Assembly: GCA_963698075.1 (NCBI GenBank)
Contig: OY969116.1
Coordinates: 606,131 to 670,130, forward strand
From: an uncultured Candidatus Berkelbacteria bacterium
Lineage (GTDB): Bacteria; Patescibacteriota; UBA1384; UBA12157; JAENIV01
Direction of reading: 5' to 3'
Length of the DNA stretch: 64,000 bases
How positions within the stretch are numbered: position 1 is the stretch's first letter; the number at the start of each line of letters is the position of its first letter. Under the pieces are notes generated by a model. That model was not told the DNA's origin and made no database searches. It saw only the letters and a list, made by a program, of their open reading frames with translations. A program made the position numbers and the translations under genes. Shown one piece after another: positions 1-10,505 of the stretch.

Positions 1-603
1 TTTAATATTGAAGGAAAACGGATGTCCAAATCGCTTGGCACCGGCATTGATCCTTTAGATTTAATCGCCAAATATGGCGCTGATGCCGTCCGTTTTGGTT
101 TAACTTATATCAATACCGGCACACAAGATATTAAGTTTGATGAAAATGCCATTTTGGCGGGTCAAAAATTTGCCAATAAACTTTGGAATATCAGCCGATT
201 TGTAATGATGCAAGTTTCAAATTCCAAATTTCAAATTCCAAACAGAACGCCAAATCCCAAATCAGAAATAGACAAAAAAATCCTAAGTAAACTCGATTCT
301 CTAGTTATCTCAGTTAACTCTGATCTCGATGAATTTAAATTCGGCCAGGCCGCGCATGATTTATATGATTTCCTTTGGCATGATTTTGCCGATCAGTATC
401 TCGAACAAGCCAAAACTCAGATGGAAAATGTTGAATATCGCATCAATACCACGGAAATTTTGCTTTATGTTTTAGCCACCTCTTTAAAACTTCTTCATCC
501 GATGATGCCCTTTATCACCGAAGAAATTTGGCAAATTTTGGCCGCAAATAATTTAGTTAAAGAAAAAAATCTCATCAGTGCTGCTTGGCCGGAGGGAAAA
601 TGA
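1..603 (+). CDS. valS: Valyl-tRNA synthetase, 3' part (runs in from the window edge)
   Basis: RMSKSLG (KMSKS motif), YGADAVRF, FANKLWN, DFADQYLE, LHPMMPFITEEIW class Ia anticodon-binding motifs; frame open from base 1. Confidence 0.9.
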   Translation, partial: FNIEGKRMSKSLGTGIDPLDLIAKYGADAVRFGLTYINTGTQDIKFDENAILAGQKFANKLWNISRFVMMQVSNSKFQIPNRTPNPKSEIDKKILSKLDSLVISVNSDLDEFKFGQAAHDLYDFLWHDFADQYLEQAKTQMENVEYRINTTEILLYVLATSLKLLHPMMPFITEEIWQILAANNLVKEKNLISAAWPEGK

Positions 604-1097
604 AAAATGATTCAGAATACTACCTTGTCCGAGCCATAATTATTATCGCCGCTTTAGTGATCGGTTTTTTGGGTTCGCGTTTGATCGGTGCGCTTTATTA
701 CAACAAACTCATGAGTGAATCCTCGGCTTTAGGCAATTTCCAAAAACAATATCAAGAAAAAATCAATTTGGAAACCGACCCTTATGAGTTGGCCAAAATG
801 GGCATGGTTTTTCTCAGAATCAATGACAATGAAACTGCTTTTTTGTGTTTTGACAAAGCCAGCAAAATGGATCCCAACTGGCGTGATGCTTTTGTTTGGA
901 AAGGATACACCGAACTAAAATTTAACAAACCAAAGGATGCCCTCATCTCGCTCAAGGCCGCCGAAAAAATTGATCCAATTTACCCCTTAACTTATCAACT
1001 TTTGGTTATTGCCTATCAGCAAACCGGAGATTCTCAAAGCGCCCAATTCGCCCAAGAAAAGCTGGTGTATTTGAGTAAAAGTTATCAAAAACAGTAA
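600..1097 (+). CDS. Membrane-anchored TPR protein
   Basis: N-terminal TM helix and TPR-like repeats (FDKASKMDPNWRDAFVWKG, LKAAEKIDPIYP); ATG at 600 overlaps the valS stop. Confidence 0.7.
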   Translation: MKNDSEYYLVRAIIIIAALVIGFLGSRLIGALYYNKLMSESSALGNFQKQYQEKINLETDPYELAKMGMVFLRINDNETAFLCFDKASKMDPNWRDAFVWKGYTELKFNKPKDALISLKAAEKIDPIYPLTYQLLVIAYQQTGDSQSAQFAQEKLVYLSKSYQKQ

Positions 1098-1159
1098 CTT
1101 TATACGAATTACGATTTTGTGATACAATTAATTCAGATTCCTGCATTGAAGGAGGGTTT

Positions 1160-2428
1160 TTGTTGCGTATTTATCAAAGATTCAAAGAGCTAATTATTTG
1201 GGCTCTTATATTTGTTCTAATTTTTTTGAATTTCAGCCTTTCTTTCCCAATAAAAGCAAACGCGGCAGATTTTAATTTCACCGATAGTCATTTTACCGCC
1301 AAAAGCGACGGAACACTTACTCACACCTACACTGTTAACGGCACTCAAAAAACGCAAACATATAGTGGTCAGGTGGCCGATGATGGACATTCTGTTTATA
1401 AAAATGGCACTAGCTTTTTTGGACATGGTCTTTACATTTATCAAATGGGTGGTTCTCAAACTCATAAGAACTGGGGTAAGAATTGCCGAGAAAACGCCGA
1501 TATAAAACCAAAAACAAGTCCATATTTCATGGTGGTAGAAAAAGTAGACGACAATACTTATCAAACCGTCGGCATCTATTTCAAACAACAATGCACTAAT
1601 GCCGAAGCTTGTGGCGCGGCCGTCACCAACCTGCTAACAGAAGAATATTATTTTCAAAGCCAAAATTTCGGTGGCAACGGAGATGACTGTCAAAATGTCT
1701 ACGACACCAACAGCGAATTTTACAAATATTTAGAATATGTTAATTCAAGAAATTTTTCCGTCGATGGTTTAACTAGCGGAGAAAAATCTAATCCATGTTC
1801 TATCTCGGGTAAAATCAATATTGATTTTACCAAGCAAAATCTCACCGGCGGCGAAACCGGGGTTCAACAATGGTCAGATCTTAAGAAAAAACAATATTTA
1901 GGTAACTTAGAATTTCGCGCTCAACTTTGGTATAAAGGACCAGGCGCCTCAACCTTTATTTCCGCCGATGAAAGCGCGGTCATTCAAGATGACGGGACCT
2001 ATACTTTTGAAGCCAAGCAACGCCCAACGGGTCAATATATTGTCACCGCAACCATTAAAAGAACCAAAAACAGCCCCAGTTTTGAACCCGGTTCTATTGA
2101 TCCGAGTTTTGAAAATCAAAAGTTGAATTTAATCGATCCCTCTTTTTATCCGGCCTTTTCCGATCAGGGCGATATGGAATATTTCTTCGGAAAATCTCCC
2201 TTAATTGAGCTAAAGAAAGACTGCAGCAATTTCACAGGACAAAACATTACCCTTGCTTCAATCGGGATTAAAGAACAGAAAGCCAGCTCCGCCGATACTT
2301 GTGGAGTAAGTTCTATCAATCCAATCACTGTCGCTATTGCCATGGTTTTGTGCTCCTTTATTAATGGCTTGGCTGATCTTGCCGGCTGGCTTACTAATAA
2401 TATTTTTCAAGGGGTTTTTAATGCTTAA
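1160..2428 (+). CDS. Secreted/surface hypothetical protein
   Basis: Signal peptide ending ANA-A, Cys pairs, C-terminal hydrophobic segment; RBS GAAGGAGG. Confidence 0.65.
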   Translation: MLRIYQRFKELIIWALIFVLIFLNFSLSFPIKANAADFNFTDSHFTAKSDGTLTHTYTVNGTQKTQTYSGQVADDGHSVYKNGTSFFGHGLYIYQMGGSQTHKNWGKNCRENADIKPKTSPYFMVVEKVDDNTYQTVGIYFKQQCTNAEACGAAVTNLLTEEYYFQSQNFGGNGDDCQNVYDTNSEFYKYLEYVNSRNFSVDGLTSGEKSNPCSISGKINIDFTKQNLTGGETGVQQWSDLKKKQYLGNLEFRAQLWYKGPGASTFISADESAVIQDDGTYTFEAKQRPTGQYIVTATIKRTKNSPSFEPGSIDPSFENQKLNLIDPSFYPAFSDQGDMEYFFGKSPLIELKKDCSNFTGQNITLASIGIKEQKASSADTCGVSSINPITVAIAMVLCSFINGLADLAGWLTNNIFQGVFNA

Positions 2429-5255
2429 AATTTGCAAAAAATTAATTATTTGGACGATATTGGCCGGCCTTACTATCAGTCTGGGTATATTACTTTTCCC
2501 TCAAAAAACCTTCGCCGACGACAAGGGCGCCTACATTACCCTGACAGCCGATACACCAGCTTATTTTTATATTGACGGAAAGGACGTCAGTAAAACCGCT
2601 AATGGCAAGCCCGTGGCTACCGAACAATGGTATGCCTGTATTTATGATTCCACCAAACCAACCCGGGTCATCAAAGCTGTGCCCGTTGATACCGATAAAT
2701 ATGAAGCGCGCGAACAAACTATTACGGTCGGAAAATGGGGCAATGAATTGTCCTGTCTGGAAAATCCGGAAACGGTCGTCAATTTTACTCTTGATAAAAG
2801 CACCCCACCCACGCCTACGCCTACGCCCACTACCTCTATCTCTCCGGCGGCCGGAACTGGCTCCAGCATTCGAGATGCTTTAACTACCACTGGTCAAAAT
2901 CCCTGGGTCATTACGGCTTGGAAGGGGGTGCTGGCCTTAGCCAATATCGGTTTAGTCGTGGTGCTTATTTTTATTGCAGTCGTTAATATTTTACGGATTC
3001 AATACGACACTTATGCAATCAAAAAGGCTCTGCCATATTTGATTATCGGAATAATCTTAGCGAACTTTTCTCTTTTAATAATCAGGATGTTTGTGGATTT
3101 CTCCAACATTCTCACCAGTCTTTTTTTGCATGGCTATAGCACCCCGGGCGATTTTGCTAAAGCTTTAATTGGCGACACCAATGTTCTTACCAATACGAAT
3201 CAAAATCCCATGGGTGGTTCCGTCGGTATTGGCACTCTTCTTCTCTGGTTCATCTTTGCTCTGGGGGTCATGCTTGCTTTTGTAATTTTGGGTTTTCTTT
3301 TCTACATCCGTTTTGCTGTGGTTTTAATTTTAGCCATTGTGGCCCCTTTGGCTTTTATCGCCATGGCCTTTCCGCCTACACAGGGTGTCTTTAAACAATG
3401 GTGGGGCTGGTTGATGAAATTTATCTTTATGAAACCAATTTCTTTCTTCCTTCTTTGGTTAGCGATGGATATTAAAGATGCTGGTACCGCCAATGGCTTA
3501 AATCATCTCACTCTTTGGGCCATCATCGCTTTTTTGGTTTATGCTGCCATTATTATCCCCTTCAAACTGGGCGGTTTTGTCATGGCGGCGTGGGGTGGTG
3601 CCGGCAAAAAAGCCGCCGGTTGGCTGGGGAACAAAGCCGATTATGGTTTGGCCAAATATGCCAAATGGTCGCCAAAATCCGCCTATCAGGCCTACAAAAT
3701 GGGGGCGGAGGAGCAAAGAGAAAGAGCTTATGCCTTAGCCACCGGCAAACAAAGGGATATTTGGACTAAAGGATTAAGTTTAGGCAGAAAGAAAAGCGAC
3801 TATTATAAACAAGCCGAACGCGCTTTGGGTATGAAAACCATCAAGCAAGAAGTTGGTGATTTAGATCTTAAAAGTCGGGAGGGTTTAGCCGAAGCTTTTT
3901 CAAAATTACATAGCCGCGGTGACAAGGCCGCCTTACAAATATTGCTTGAGGAAGCTGCCAACGAATATATGGTGGCAGATATTATGGAAGAATTATCGCC
4001 CGAACTGAAGGTTAAATTAGGCTTTAACAAAGGTGAAGATTTAGCCACCGATTATGATAGCCAGCTCGATTTCATCGGTCGGGTTCTTGGCAAAAACAAT
4101 TTTGAAGGCATGAATCGCATTGAAGAAGCCTATATCAAATCTGGGCTTGCCACCGGAAAAAGACATCCATTAAATGAAGCCAAAACTGGATATGAGGAAG
4201 CCGGTCTTGAAAAACAAACTACAATGGCTGTCAAACGTTTCCAATCACCCGATCCGATTAAAGCGATCCGCAGTTTCCGCATTGATTCTTTAATTGGCAA
4301 AAACGGCGAATTAACCGCTTTGGGCCGGAGATTTTTAGAAAGTGATGGGTTGACCGCCGGCCATATAGATTTAATTCGACAAAAACGTGCCCGCCAAAGC
4401 ACTTATCAAAAGGCAATTGATCCTAAAAATGAGCGGTTCTGGCGAGACCTTGAGAGTTTCGACCAAGGCAAGAAACTTAAGGAGGCCATAACGGCAGCTG
4501 GATTTACCCCCAGACCCCAACTAAATACAGTGACCGCGCCCCGGGTTGAAAATAACCAAGTCGTTCCCGGTCAAACCACCCCTGTTGAGATCAGTCAACT
4601 GACTCCCGAGCAAATTACCCCCGAAATTAAAGGCGAACTGGCGAGCAAGTTGGCCAGTCCTACGCTGACCCTTGACCAATTAAATGTTTTGAGTGCCAAC
4701 ATCAATGCGAACGCAAATTTGGGTGACCTAACCCCATTGGTGACGAGCATCACCAAGCTTCGACAAGCCACGGAAAAAGCCGGCCAGCTTAGTTCATTGA
4801 GCCGCCAAGTAGCAGATTCGAAAATGCAAGAAATTGGTCAGGATATTGCTGATGAATTGGGAACGGCCGTGAAATACAAAATAGACCCTGGAATGTTAGT
4901 AGCGGAAGCTATTAAAAAAGCAAATCTCCTTGATCCTAGCAAACTAAAAAAAATCATCCAAGACAAAATTTCTCAAAGCAATGCCACCATTATTAGCCCC
5001 GGCGGACGTGATGTTCCTGCCAGCCAACTAGTTAATATATTCCGAGATATTACCACCAGGACCGGGAGGGATGAAGTAAAATCTAAAGTAGAATTTAGCG
5101 CCAATTTAGATCGTCTTGGGGCTTCTGAAAAAGAAAAACACGATGCCTGGGGAATAATTAATGCTTATGAAGGAAAAACTCCAACTAAGGAAGAAAAAAC
5201 TCAACGAGATAGCGAGCTCGATTTTGAACAACTCTTTTACGAAGAAGAAACATAG
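2421..5255 (+). CDS. Large polytopic membrane protein, VirB6/TrbL-like (CPR type)
   Basis: Signal peptide, PT linker, then TM core WKGVLALAN...KKALPYLIIGIILANFS...APLAF...WW; ATG 2421 preferred over the track start. Confidence 0.65.
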   Translation: MLKICKKLIIWTILAGLTISLGILLFPQKTFADDKGAYITLTADTPAYFYIDGKDVSKTANGKPVATEQWYACIYDSTKPTRVIKAVPVDTDKYEAREQTITVGKWGNELSCLENPETVVNFTLDKSTPPTPTPTPTTSISPAAGTGSSIRDALTTTGQNPWVITAWKGVLALANIGLVVVLIFIAVVNILRIQYDTYAIKKALPYLIIGIILANFSLLIIRMFVDFSNILTSLFLHGYSTPGDFAKALIGDTNVLTNTNQNPMGGSVGIGTLLLWFIFALGVMLAFVILGFLFYIRFAVVLILAIVAPLAFIAMAFPPTQGVFKQWWGWLMKFIFMKPISFFLLWLAMDIKDAGTANGLNHLTLWAIIAFLVYAAIIIPFKLGGFVMAAWGGAGKKAAGWLGNKADYGLAKYAKWSPKSAYQAYKMGAEEQRERAYALATGKQRDIWTKGLSLGRKKSDYYKQAERALGMKTIKQEVGDLDLKSREGLAEAFSKLHSRGDKAALQILLEEAANEYMVADIMEELSPELKVKLGFNKGEDLATDYDSQLDFIGRVLGKNNFEGMNRIEEAYIKSGLATGKRHPLNEAKTGYEEAGLEKQTTMAVKRFQSPDPIKAIRSFRIDSLIGKNGELTALGRRFLESDGLTAGHIDLIRQKRARQSTYQKAIDPKNERFWRDLESFDQGKKLKEAITAAGFTPRPQLNTVTAPRVENNQVVPGQTTPVEISQLTPEQITPEIKGELASKLASPTLTLDQLNVLSANINANANLGDLTPLVTSITKLRQATEKAGQLSSLSRQVADSKMQEIGQDIADELGTAVKYKIDPGMLVAEAIKKANLLDPSKLKKIIQDKISQSNATIISPGGRDVPASQLVNIFRDITTRTGRDEVKSKVEFSANLDRLGASEKEKHDAWGIINAYEGKTPTKEEKTQRDSELDFEQLFYEEET

Positions 5256-5386
5256 AATCTAACCCGTAAATCATATCGAAAACCCTTAACGAATGTGTTA
5301 TATTATATTGCGCGACAACTTCGGCGTTGACATTTAGAATTATTGTGATATGATCTGGTTATCTTGAACACTGAGGAGCGAGAACA

Positions 5387-5641
5387 ATGAGAAAAGTTAG
5401 ACCCAGTTATCGAGGATGGGCAGAAGTCTGGTGGGATGGCCGTGACGCAGGCGTTTGGGCGCTAAGTTATGACTGGAATGGCCACAAGCCATTACTAGGT
5501 TATGTTTGGCTCGAAGCGGAGACCCTCAAGGAAGCGTTGGCCGAGGCATCCGAATATCTGGGCTGCAGTACCGATGAGATATCAGTGAGACCTGGAAGCG
5601 AAGACACAGAGACAGATGCCATTGAATTAGGACTATTGTAA
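5387..5641 (+). CDS. Small hypothetical protein
   Basis: GAGGAG RBS and upstream TTGACA-16-TATGAT at 5327. Confidence 0.55.
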   Translation: MRKVRPSYRGWAEVWWDGRDAGVWALSYDWNGHKPLLGYVWLEAETLKEALAEASEYLGCSTDEISVRPGSEDTETDAIELGLL

Positions 5642-5788
5642 AAGCTCGCGAGATTCAGGGATTAGTGATAGATGCTTCCGTGGTGATCTGTCAAGACTTA
5701 CAGGATCGCAAGAACGAAGAACTCAACAGAAGTGCGCCGGATATATATAACGGCTACTAAAGACAAGAGAGAACAAAAACGAACCCGT

Positions 5789-5825
5789 AAAGGCCCTTGA
5801 CATATAGGGCCTTTTGTGGTATACT
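5789..5825 (+). promoter_or_regulatory. Sigma70 promoter with an inverted repeat over the -35
   Basis: TTGACA(5797)-17-TATACT(5820); AAAGGCCCT/AGGGCCTTT at 5789-5814. Confidence 0.7.
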
Positions 5826-5961
5826 ACAATGTTTCACGGATAGTATGAAAAGTCCTTTGACAAGTCGCTCAAGGAAATAACCCGCAAGGGTATAGATAAC
5901 CAACCTTTCCCTCAGGTGGCCTAGCCACCTGTTCACTCTAACCTGTATAGGAGGCCCAACA

Positions 5962-6936
5962 GTGGCCACAAGGCTCTTGGTAGTTCTGGTCGTTGCAGTG
6001 ATGTTGTTTTCTGGTCTGGCTTACGGCCAGACCGCCGACCAGCCGAACCAGGGGGTTCCGGCTGGCACGGTCGTGGGACCCGCAAGTCAGGACATGGGAA
6101 GTGCGCCGGAAACGGCACCGCCCCAACCTGGCCAGGTGCAGCCCCAATCGGGGCCGCTGGAGATGCGGATCGCTGGCGGTCTGGATGTCCGGCTCATCGG
6201 ACAGCAGCCACAAGTGGTCTACAGGGATCGCTGGCGGACACGGACCCGCACGGTCACCAAGACCATACGGGTCGCGACCAAGTCGGAACCGAATCCGAAC
6301 ATCCGGGTCGACAAGCTGAACCTTAATGTCTACCCGTCGACCCAGCCGTCTGCCGTAACCCCTCCGCGTAGCGGAGGGCAAACGCTAAGCCCACCGGCAA
6401 CGCCGGTGCAGGGAGGTAGCAGAGTGTCGCTGATCAACGTTCCGTTCGACAATCTTCTCGTCGTCATCGGCGGCGCCATCGCGATCATCGCGATAATCTA
6501 CGCGATGATTCGCAACATGCATCGCGAGGAGCAACAGACGGCCCGCGCCCGGGAGACAACGGCCCAGGCCCAGGCCACCCAGTTCGGAACGGCTCTAGCC
6601 AATCAGGCACCGTTCCAGCCAGCCGCGGGAAGAGATGTGGATATGTCTGTCACTGTCTTCCCCGGTGGTGGTGGCGTGGTCCGCGCTCGCTCGAACGAGC
6701 GGCCGCAGGGAACCGTGGTGCAGCCCATTGCGCCACCACTGGCGGCAATGGTGGTGACGGCCCCCGGCCAACCCGTCAATGTCATCACTTTCGGCAACGC
6801 GCCCGTTGCCCTGCCCGGCCAACTGGTGGCTCTGCCGCCCGTTCCTCCGGCACCGCCCGTTCCTCCGGTACCTCCGGCTCCGCCCGCCCCGCGCCTCAAC
6901 CCCAACCAGCAGCCGCCCGCAGCCGCCGCTGCGTAA
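5962..6936 (+). CDS. GC-rich, Pro-rich membrane protein (signal peptide plus one TM)
   Basis: AGGAGG RBS before GTG; hydrophobic N-terminus, internal TM, PPVPPAPP tail. Confidence 0.65.
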   Translation: MATRLLVVLVVAVMLFSGLAYGQTADQPNQGVPAGTVVGPASQDMGSAPETAPPQPGQVQPQSGPLEMRIAGGLDVRLIGQQPQVVYRDRWRTRTRTVTKTIRVATKSEPNPNIRVDKLNLNVYPSTQPSAVTPPRSGGQTLSPPATPVQGGSRVSLINVPFDNLLVVIGGAIAIIAIIYAMIRNMHREEQQTARARETTAQAQATQFGTALANQAPFQPAAGRDVDMSVTVFPGGGGVVRARSNERPQGTVVQPIAPPLAAMVVTAPGQPVNVITFGNAPVALPGQLVALPPVPPAPPVPPVPPAPPAPRLNPNQQPPAAAAA

Positions 6937-6961
6937 CCCGCTTCAATTCGACCCATCAATC

Positions 6962-6991
6962 AGAAGGCTCGGACATCCGTCCGAGCCTTCT
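6962..6991 (+). terminator. Hairpin terminator
   Basis: 13-bp perfect stem AGAAGGCTCGGAC/GTCCGAGCCTTCT with a 4-nt loop, just after the stop. Confidence 0.75.
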
Positions 6992-7022
6992 TCATATCTC
7001 AAAAATTTTTATCTCAATTTAT

Positions 7023-8000
7023 TTAAGGATTTCGTCTCTGTTGTCTTTGTCCTTGTGGTCCTCCGCCCCTGCGGCCAATTTTTCGAAAAGCATTTACAAA
7101 TTGATTAATGTCCTCGATCGTTGTCTCAATTGGCTGATTATTGGTAGCGTCTAAAAGATAAATAATATTATCTTCAACATCGGCAATAATCACTCGAGCG
7201 GTCAAACCTTGGAGTTCAGCTGGAAGTTGTACGCCCGGCTTTAAAGCCCAAATTTCATTTTGTTTGGGAGTTTTTGACGGCTTCTTCTCTTTTTCCTTCT
7301 CGATTGGCCTTATCCCAGCAATCGCCAAATCAAAAATATCAACAATTGGCCGGCGCTTGCCTTCGCGAGCCAATTCCGCCTGACCGGGTTTTTTCTCCAC
7401 TCGCTTAAATTTATAATTTCCCGCGTCAATTGGCCGTGCTCTCGGATCCGAGCGGTCAGCAATTGTCTGCTCTGGACCAATTATTAATTCGTCACCGTCC
7501 TTAACGCCAATCAGCCAATCTTCCACCAACTCTCTGCCTTTACTAAGCAGGTTTTCAATCGACATTTGAAATCTGCCAGGCTGTTGCTCGGTTACGGGCT
7601 GGGGTTGAAAAGTTTGATCAAGTTTGTCATACAATACCCGTCCGTTCTGCCAATCTATCTCGATGATCCGCAAATACCCTCTGCCGCCGACATCTTCGTA
7701 AATCCAAATTTGACCAACTGCTGGCAATCCTTTTTCTAACTGACGACCAAGTTCCTGATATCTTTCCTGATTAGTGGCGAATGTCTCCTCGGGCGTCGGT
7801 GTCGGCGCCGGCGCTTCCGGCACTTCGGGAACCCGACCGAGCATTTCTTGTCGTTTAGCTTCTTGCTCCTCAGACAAAATCTCTTCCATTTCACCTCCTT
7901 CTTTCCCCTTCCAAGCCGCCCCTAAAGCCAAACCGCCAAAAACCGCCGCGATTTGAGCGGCCGTTCGACCGATAATTGTTTCTGCGCCTGGGCCAATCAC
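7023..8000 (-). CDS. Hypothetical protein, possibly the C-terminal part of 7997-9055
   Basis: 325-aa ORF; GTG start overlaps the upstream TGA and has no clear RBS. Confidence 0.55.
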   Translation of the reverse strand: MIGPGAETIIGRTAAQIAAVFGGLALGAAWKGKEGGEMEEILSEEQEAKRQEMLGRVPEVPEAPAPTPTPEETFATNQERYQELGRQLEKGLPAVGQIWIYEDVGGRGYLRIIEIDWQNGRVLYDKLDQTFQPQPVTEQQPGRFQMSIENLLSKGRELVEDWLIGVKDGDELIIGPEQTIADRSDPRARPIDAGNYKFKRVEKKPGQAELAREGKRRPIVDIFDLAIAGIRPIEKEKEKKPSKTPKQNEIWALKPGVQLPAELQGLTARVIIADVEDNIIYLLDATNNQPIETTIEDINQFVNAFRKIGRRGGGPQGQRQQRRNP

Positions 8001-9055
8001 GTGGTACCCAGTTTCGCCGCCGTGGTGGTCATGGTTTCACCCTGGTTGTAGATAAAATTCCAAACATGATTAATATTTCGTACCGCATGGAAAAAGCCAT
8101 TGCGGTCCAAATCAAAAATTCCCATGCTCGTCAGGCCTTTGAGACCAAGCCAAAGCCCACCAGCGGCGCCGACACCGGCACCAATGGCGGACAAAATTTC
8201 CCGCCGGCGATTCCACATTGCTTTGGTCTGACCCAAACGTTCTTCTGCCGCCAAAACTTGCTCGGATTGAGTATGGAAACTATTAATAATTTCCGTATAA
8301 AGGCGGGTTTTTTCGGCTGGGTCAACGCCTTCCCCCGTGGCCTGAAGGGCCATTTCTCGCATTCGGCACCAATCAGCCACTTGGGCCTCAACGATTTTTT
8401 GTCTTCGGCCGCGTTCGTGACCATAAAGATGTTCTAAGCCCTCAGCAAAGCCCCGGCCAGCCATCGAGCCAAATAAAGCCGCGGCAGCAGGGTAAGCTAG
8501 ACCACCAGTTAGAACGCCAACTACTCCTAATGTGCCGGCCATCAAAAGGGTCTTTTTATTAAAAATAGTGGTTAAAGCCTTTCGGCCGAATTCGTGCCAG
8601 GCAACTCGCCGGGCTTGGCCGTCCGGATTCGCCTCAAAATCGCGTTCTTCCGCCAGCATTCTTCCTAGCCGGCCGAGCCGGCGGCCCCCGTGCTTTTCTT
8701 CTAATTTCAGTTCCCGAAACTGCTCGGCCGATATAATCGTCATCAAATGAACCAAATCTTCGGGATTTGTTGACGCAGAAAGTTCTCTGACTCTTTCAAT
8801 TCCACCCATGGGCTGTCCGGCTTGGCGTTCGGCCTGGCGCCTCTGCGCTTCCATCGCCGCCTGCTCTTGAGCCAGTTCTTCTTGACCTCCTGCTGACGGT
8901 GGCGGTTGGGGTTGTTCTCGCCGACCCCAAGGCCACCAGCGGCGGCGGCGCGGTTCTTCGGCTGGTGTCGGGGCCGGCACTTCGTTCAAACGCGGGGGTG
9001 GTTCCTCGGCACCGGCTTCTTCTGGCCCTGGACCACCAGGGGCTCCTTCTGGCAT
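7997..9055 (-). CDS. Hypothetical membrane protein with Gly-rich TM helices
   Basis: AGGAG RBS; acidic/Pro N-terminus; GxxxG helices. Confidence 0.6.
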   Translation of the reverse strand: MPEGAPGGPGPEEAGAEEPPPRLNEVPAPTPAEEPRRRRWWPWGRREQPQPPPSAGGQEELAQEQAAMEAQRRQAERQAGQPMGGIERVRELSASTNPEDLVHLMTIISAEQFRELKLEEKHGGRRLGRLGRMLAEERDFEANPDGQARRVAWHEFGRKALTTIFNKKTLLMAGTLGVVGVLTGGLAYPAAAALFGSMAGRGFAEGLEHLYGHERGRRQKIVEAQVADWCRMREMALQATGEGVDPAEKTRLYTEIINSFHTQSEQVLAAEERLGQTKAMWNRRREILSAIGAGVGAAGGLWLGLKGLTSMGIFDLDRNGFFHAVRNINHVWNFIYNQGETMTTTAAKLGTT

Positions 9056-9066
9056 AATTACTCCTG

Positions 9067-9414
9067 TTATTGGCCGCTTTTAGCGGCGGTATTCGTCTTA
9101 AATAATTCTACCATTTCCGTTTTATAAATTATGGCTTCCTGCGCTAATAAACTGGTAATATCAAGATTTTTACTTTTGAGGAATTCATCAACTTTGCCTT
9201 TATCATCGGCGTCAATTAGCTGATCAATCTCTTTGCCTTCTTCTTCGGAAAGTTGATCATAAATGCGGGCAATAGTCCGATTTTGGACGGTCTCGGCCAT
9301 TTTAGTGTAGAGCTCCTGTTTTTTTTCTGGCGGCAAATCCGCACCACCAATGAGTTCTAAGAGATCTTTTTCTAATAAATCTTTAAGTTCTTCATCACTA
9401 ATCAATTTAGCCAT
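9067..9414 (-). CDS. DUF5663-like CPR protein
   Basis: LLELIGGADLPPEKKQELYTKMAETVQNR...DQLSEEE pattern; AGGAGG RBS. Confidence 0.65.
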   Translation of the reverse strand: MAKLISDEELKDLLEKDLLELIGGADLPPEKKQELYTKMAETVQNRTIARIYDQLSEEEGKEIDQLIDADDKGKVDEFLKSKNLDITSLLAQEAIIYKTEMVELFKTNTAAKSGQ

Positions 9415-9447
9415 TTTAGGCCTCCTTGCTTTTATCATAAAATATTC

Positions 9448-9476
9448 TTGACAAAAGTCAATTTTTATGCTATATT
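9448..9476 (+). promoter_or_regulatory. Sigma70 promoter of a GC-rich islet
   Basis: TTGACA-17-TATATT; TTGAC-aaaa-GTCAA palindrome over the -35. Confidence 0.7.
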
Positions 9477-9655
9477 ATTTCAGTTATGATTGGAAGGTAA
9501 CTTTTCTGGACACTTCCTACCTTTCATCGGCAGTTTGACAACTGAATATTGCCAAAAAAGCCGCACCCAACCGATATACCCCCGCCAAAGACGGGGTTGC
9601 TGTTTTAGTCGGGAATCCACCATCGGCCTGCAGAGGCCAAGGAGAGCGAGGTATC

Positions 9656-10411
9656 ATGTCGACGATGTTGAAGCCCCCGCAGTTCACCGAAGAAGAGGAG
9701 GAGCAGCTTGGCCGTGCCTTTGGCACGTCGACACTGCTCGAGAAGTTCATCGTCTCTGTCGCGATCCGGGTGATCGGTCTGTTGGCCGACGCATCCGACT
9801 GGCTCAAGGACCAGATCCGGACCGTGGTCGCCGAGATGTTCGGCGTAGCGGATCCGGCGCAAGCCCGCGGTGCTATCCAGTCTCTCGTCAACGAGGCCGT
9901 GGACAAGGCCATCGAGCCGCTGACCGAGCGCCTCAGGCGCCTTGAGGAAGCGGGACGACTGTCTGACGCCCCCGCCGGGCCACAGCGTGACCCCGAGATG
10001 GTACGCACCGAGATCATTCCCGGGATCGTCGTGGCCGTCATGAACGACCGTGCGTTCTTGGAGTCGCTCAGCTACGAAGAGGTCCAGGCGCTCACGATCA
10101 ACAGGGACTATGTCTCCTCTGAGTTTGTCCAGAGAATCTGGGATCACGAGATCCTCAGAGACCTCTGGGGCTCGGAGGAAGGCATGAGGGAGCGCCGGAT
10201 GGAGGCCGTGGCCAAGTTCATCGACGCCGAGATGGAGGCCATGGTGAGCGCCATGAAGAAGATTCTCAAGCGCTCCAAGGCGGCGCAGGAGAAGGCCAAC
10301 ATCGGCTGGGCGCAGTACCTCCTGGTCCACTTGGGGGTTGACCCCGCGGACACCAAGGCGGTTCGCACCGCCATGGGCAGGCAGCCCGAGTTGAAGGCCT
10401 ACCTCAAGTAG
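9656..10411 (+). CDS. GC-rich hypothetical protein
   Basis: GAGG RBS, GC3-rich codons, followed by hairpin 10432-10457. Confidence 0.65.
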   Translation: MSTMLKPPQFTEEEEEQLGRAFGTSTLLEKFIVSVAIRVIGLLADASDWLKDQIRTVVAEMFGVADPAQARGAIQSLVNEAVDKAIEPLTERLRRLEEAGRLSDAPAGPQRDPEMVRTEIIPGIVVAVMNDRAFLESLSYEEVQALTINRDYVSSEFVQRIWDHEILRDLWGSEEGMRERRMEAVAKFIDAEMEAMVSAMKKILKRSKAAQEKANIGWAQYLLVHLGVDPADTKAVRTAMGRQPELKAYLK

Positions 10412-10505
10412 GCGCACGCACGGACATTCGGGGGCCCCGCCGCGCATGGCGGGGCCCGATTGTATCGTCTGACACGCTGAACCACACTCTACAACGGAGG
10501 TCATT

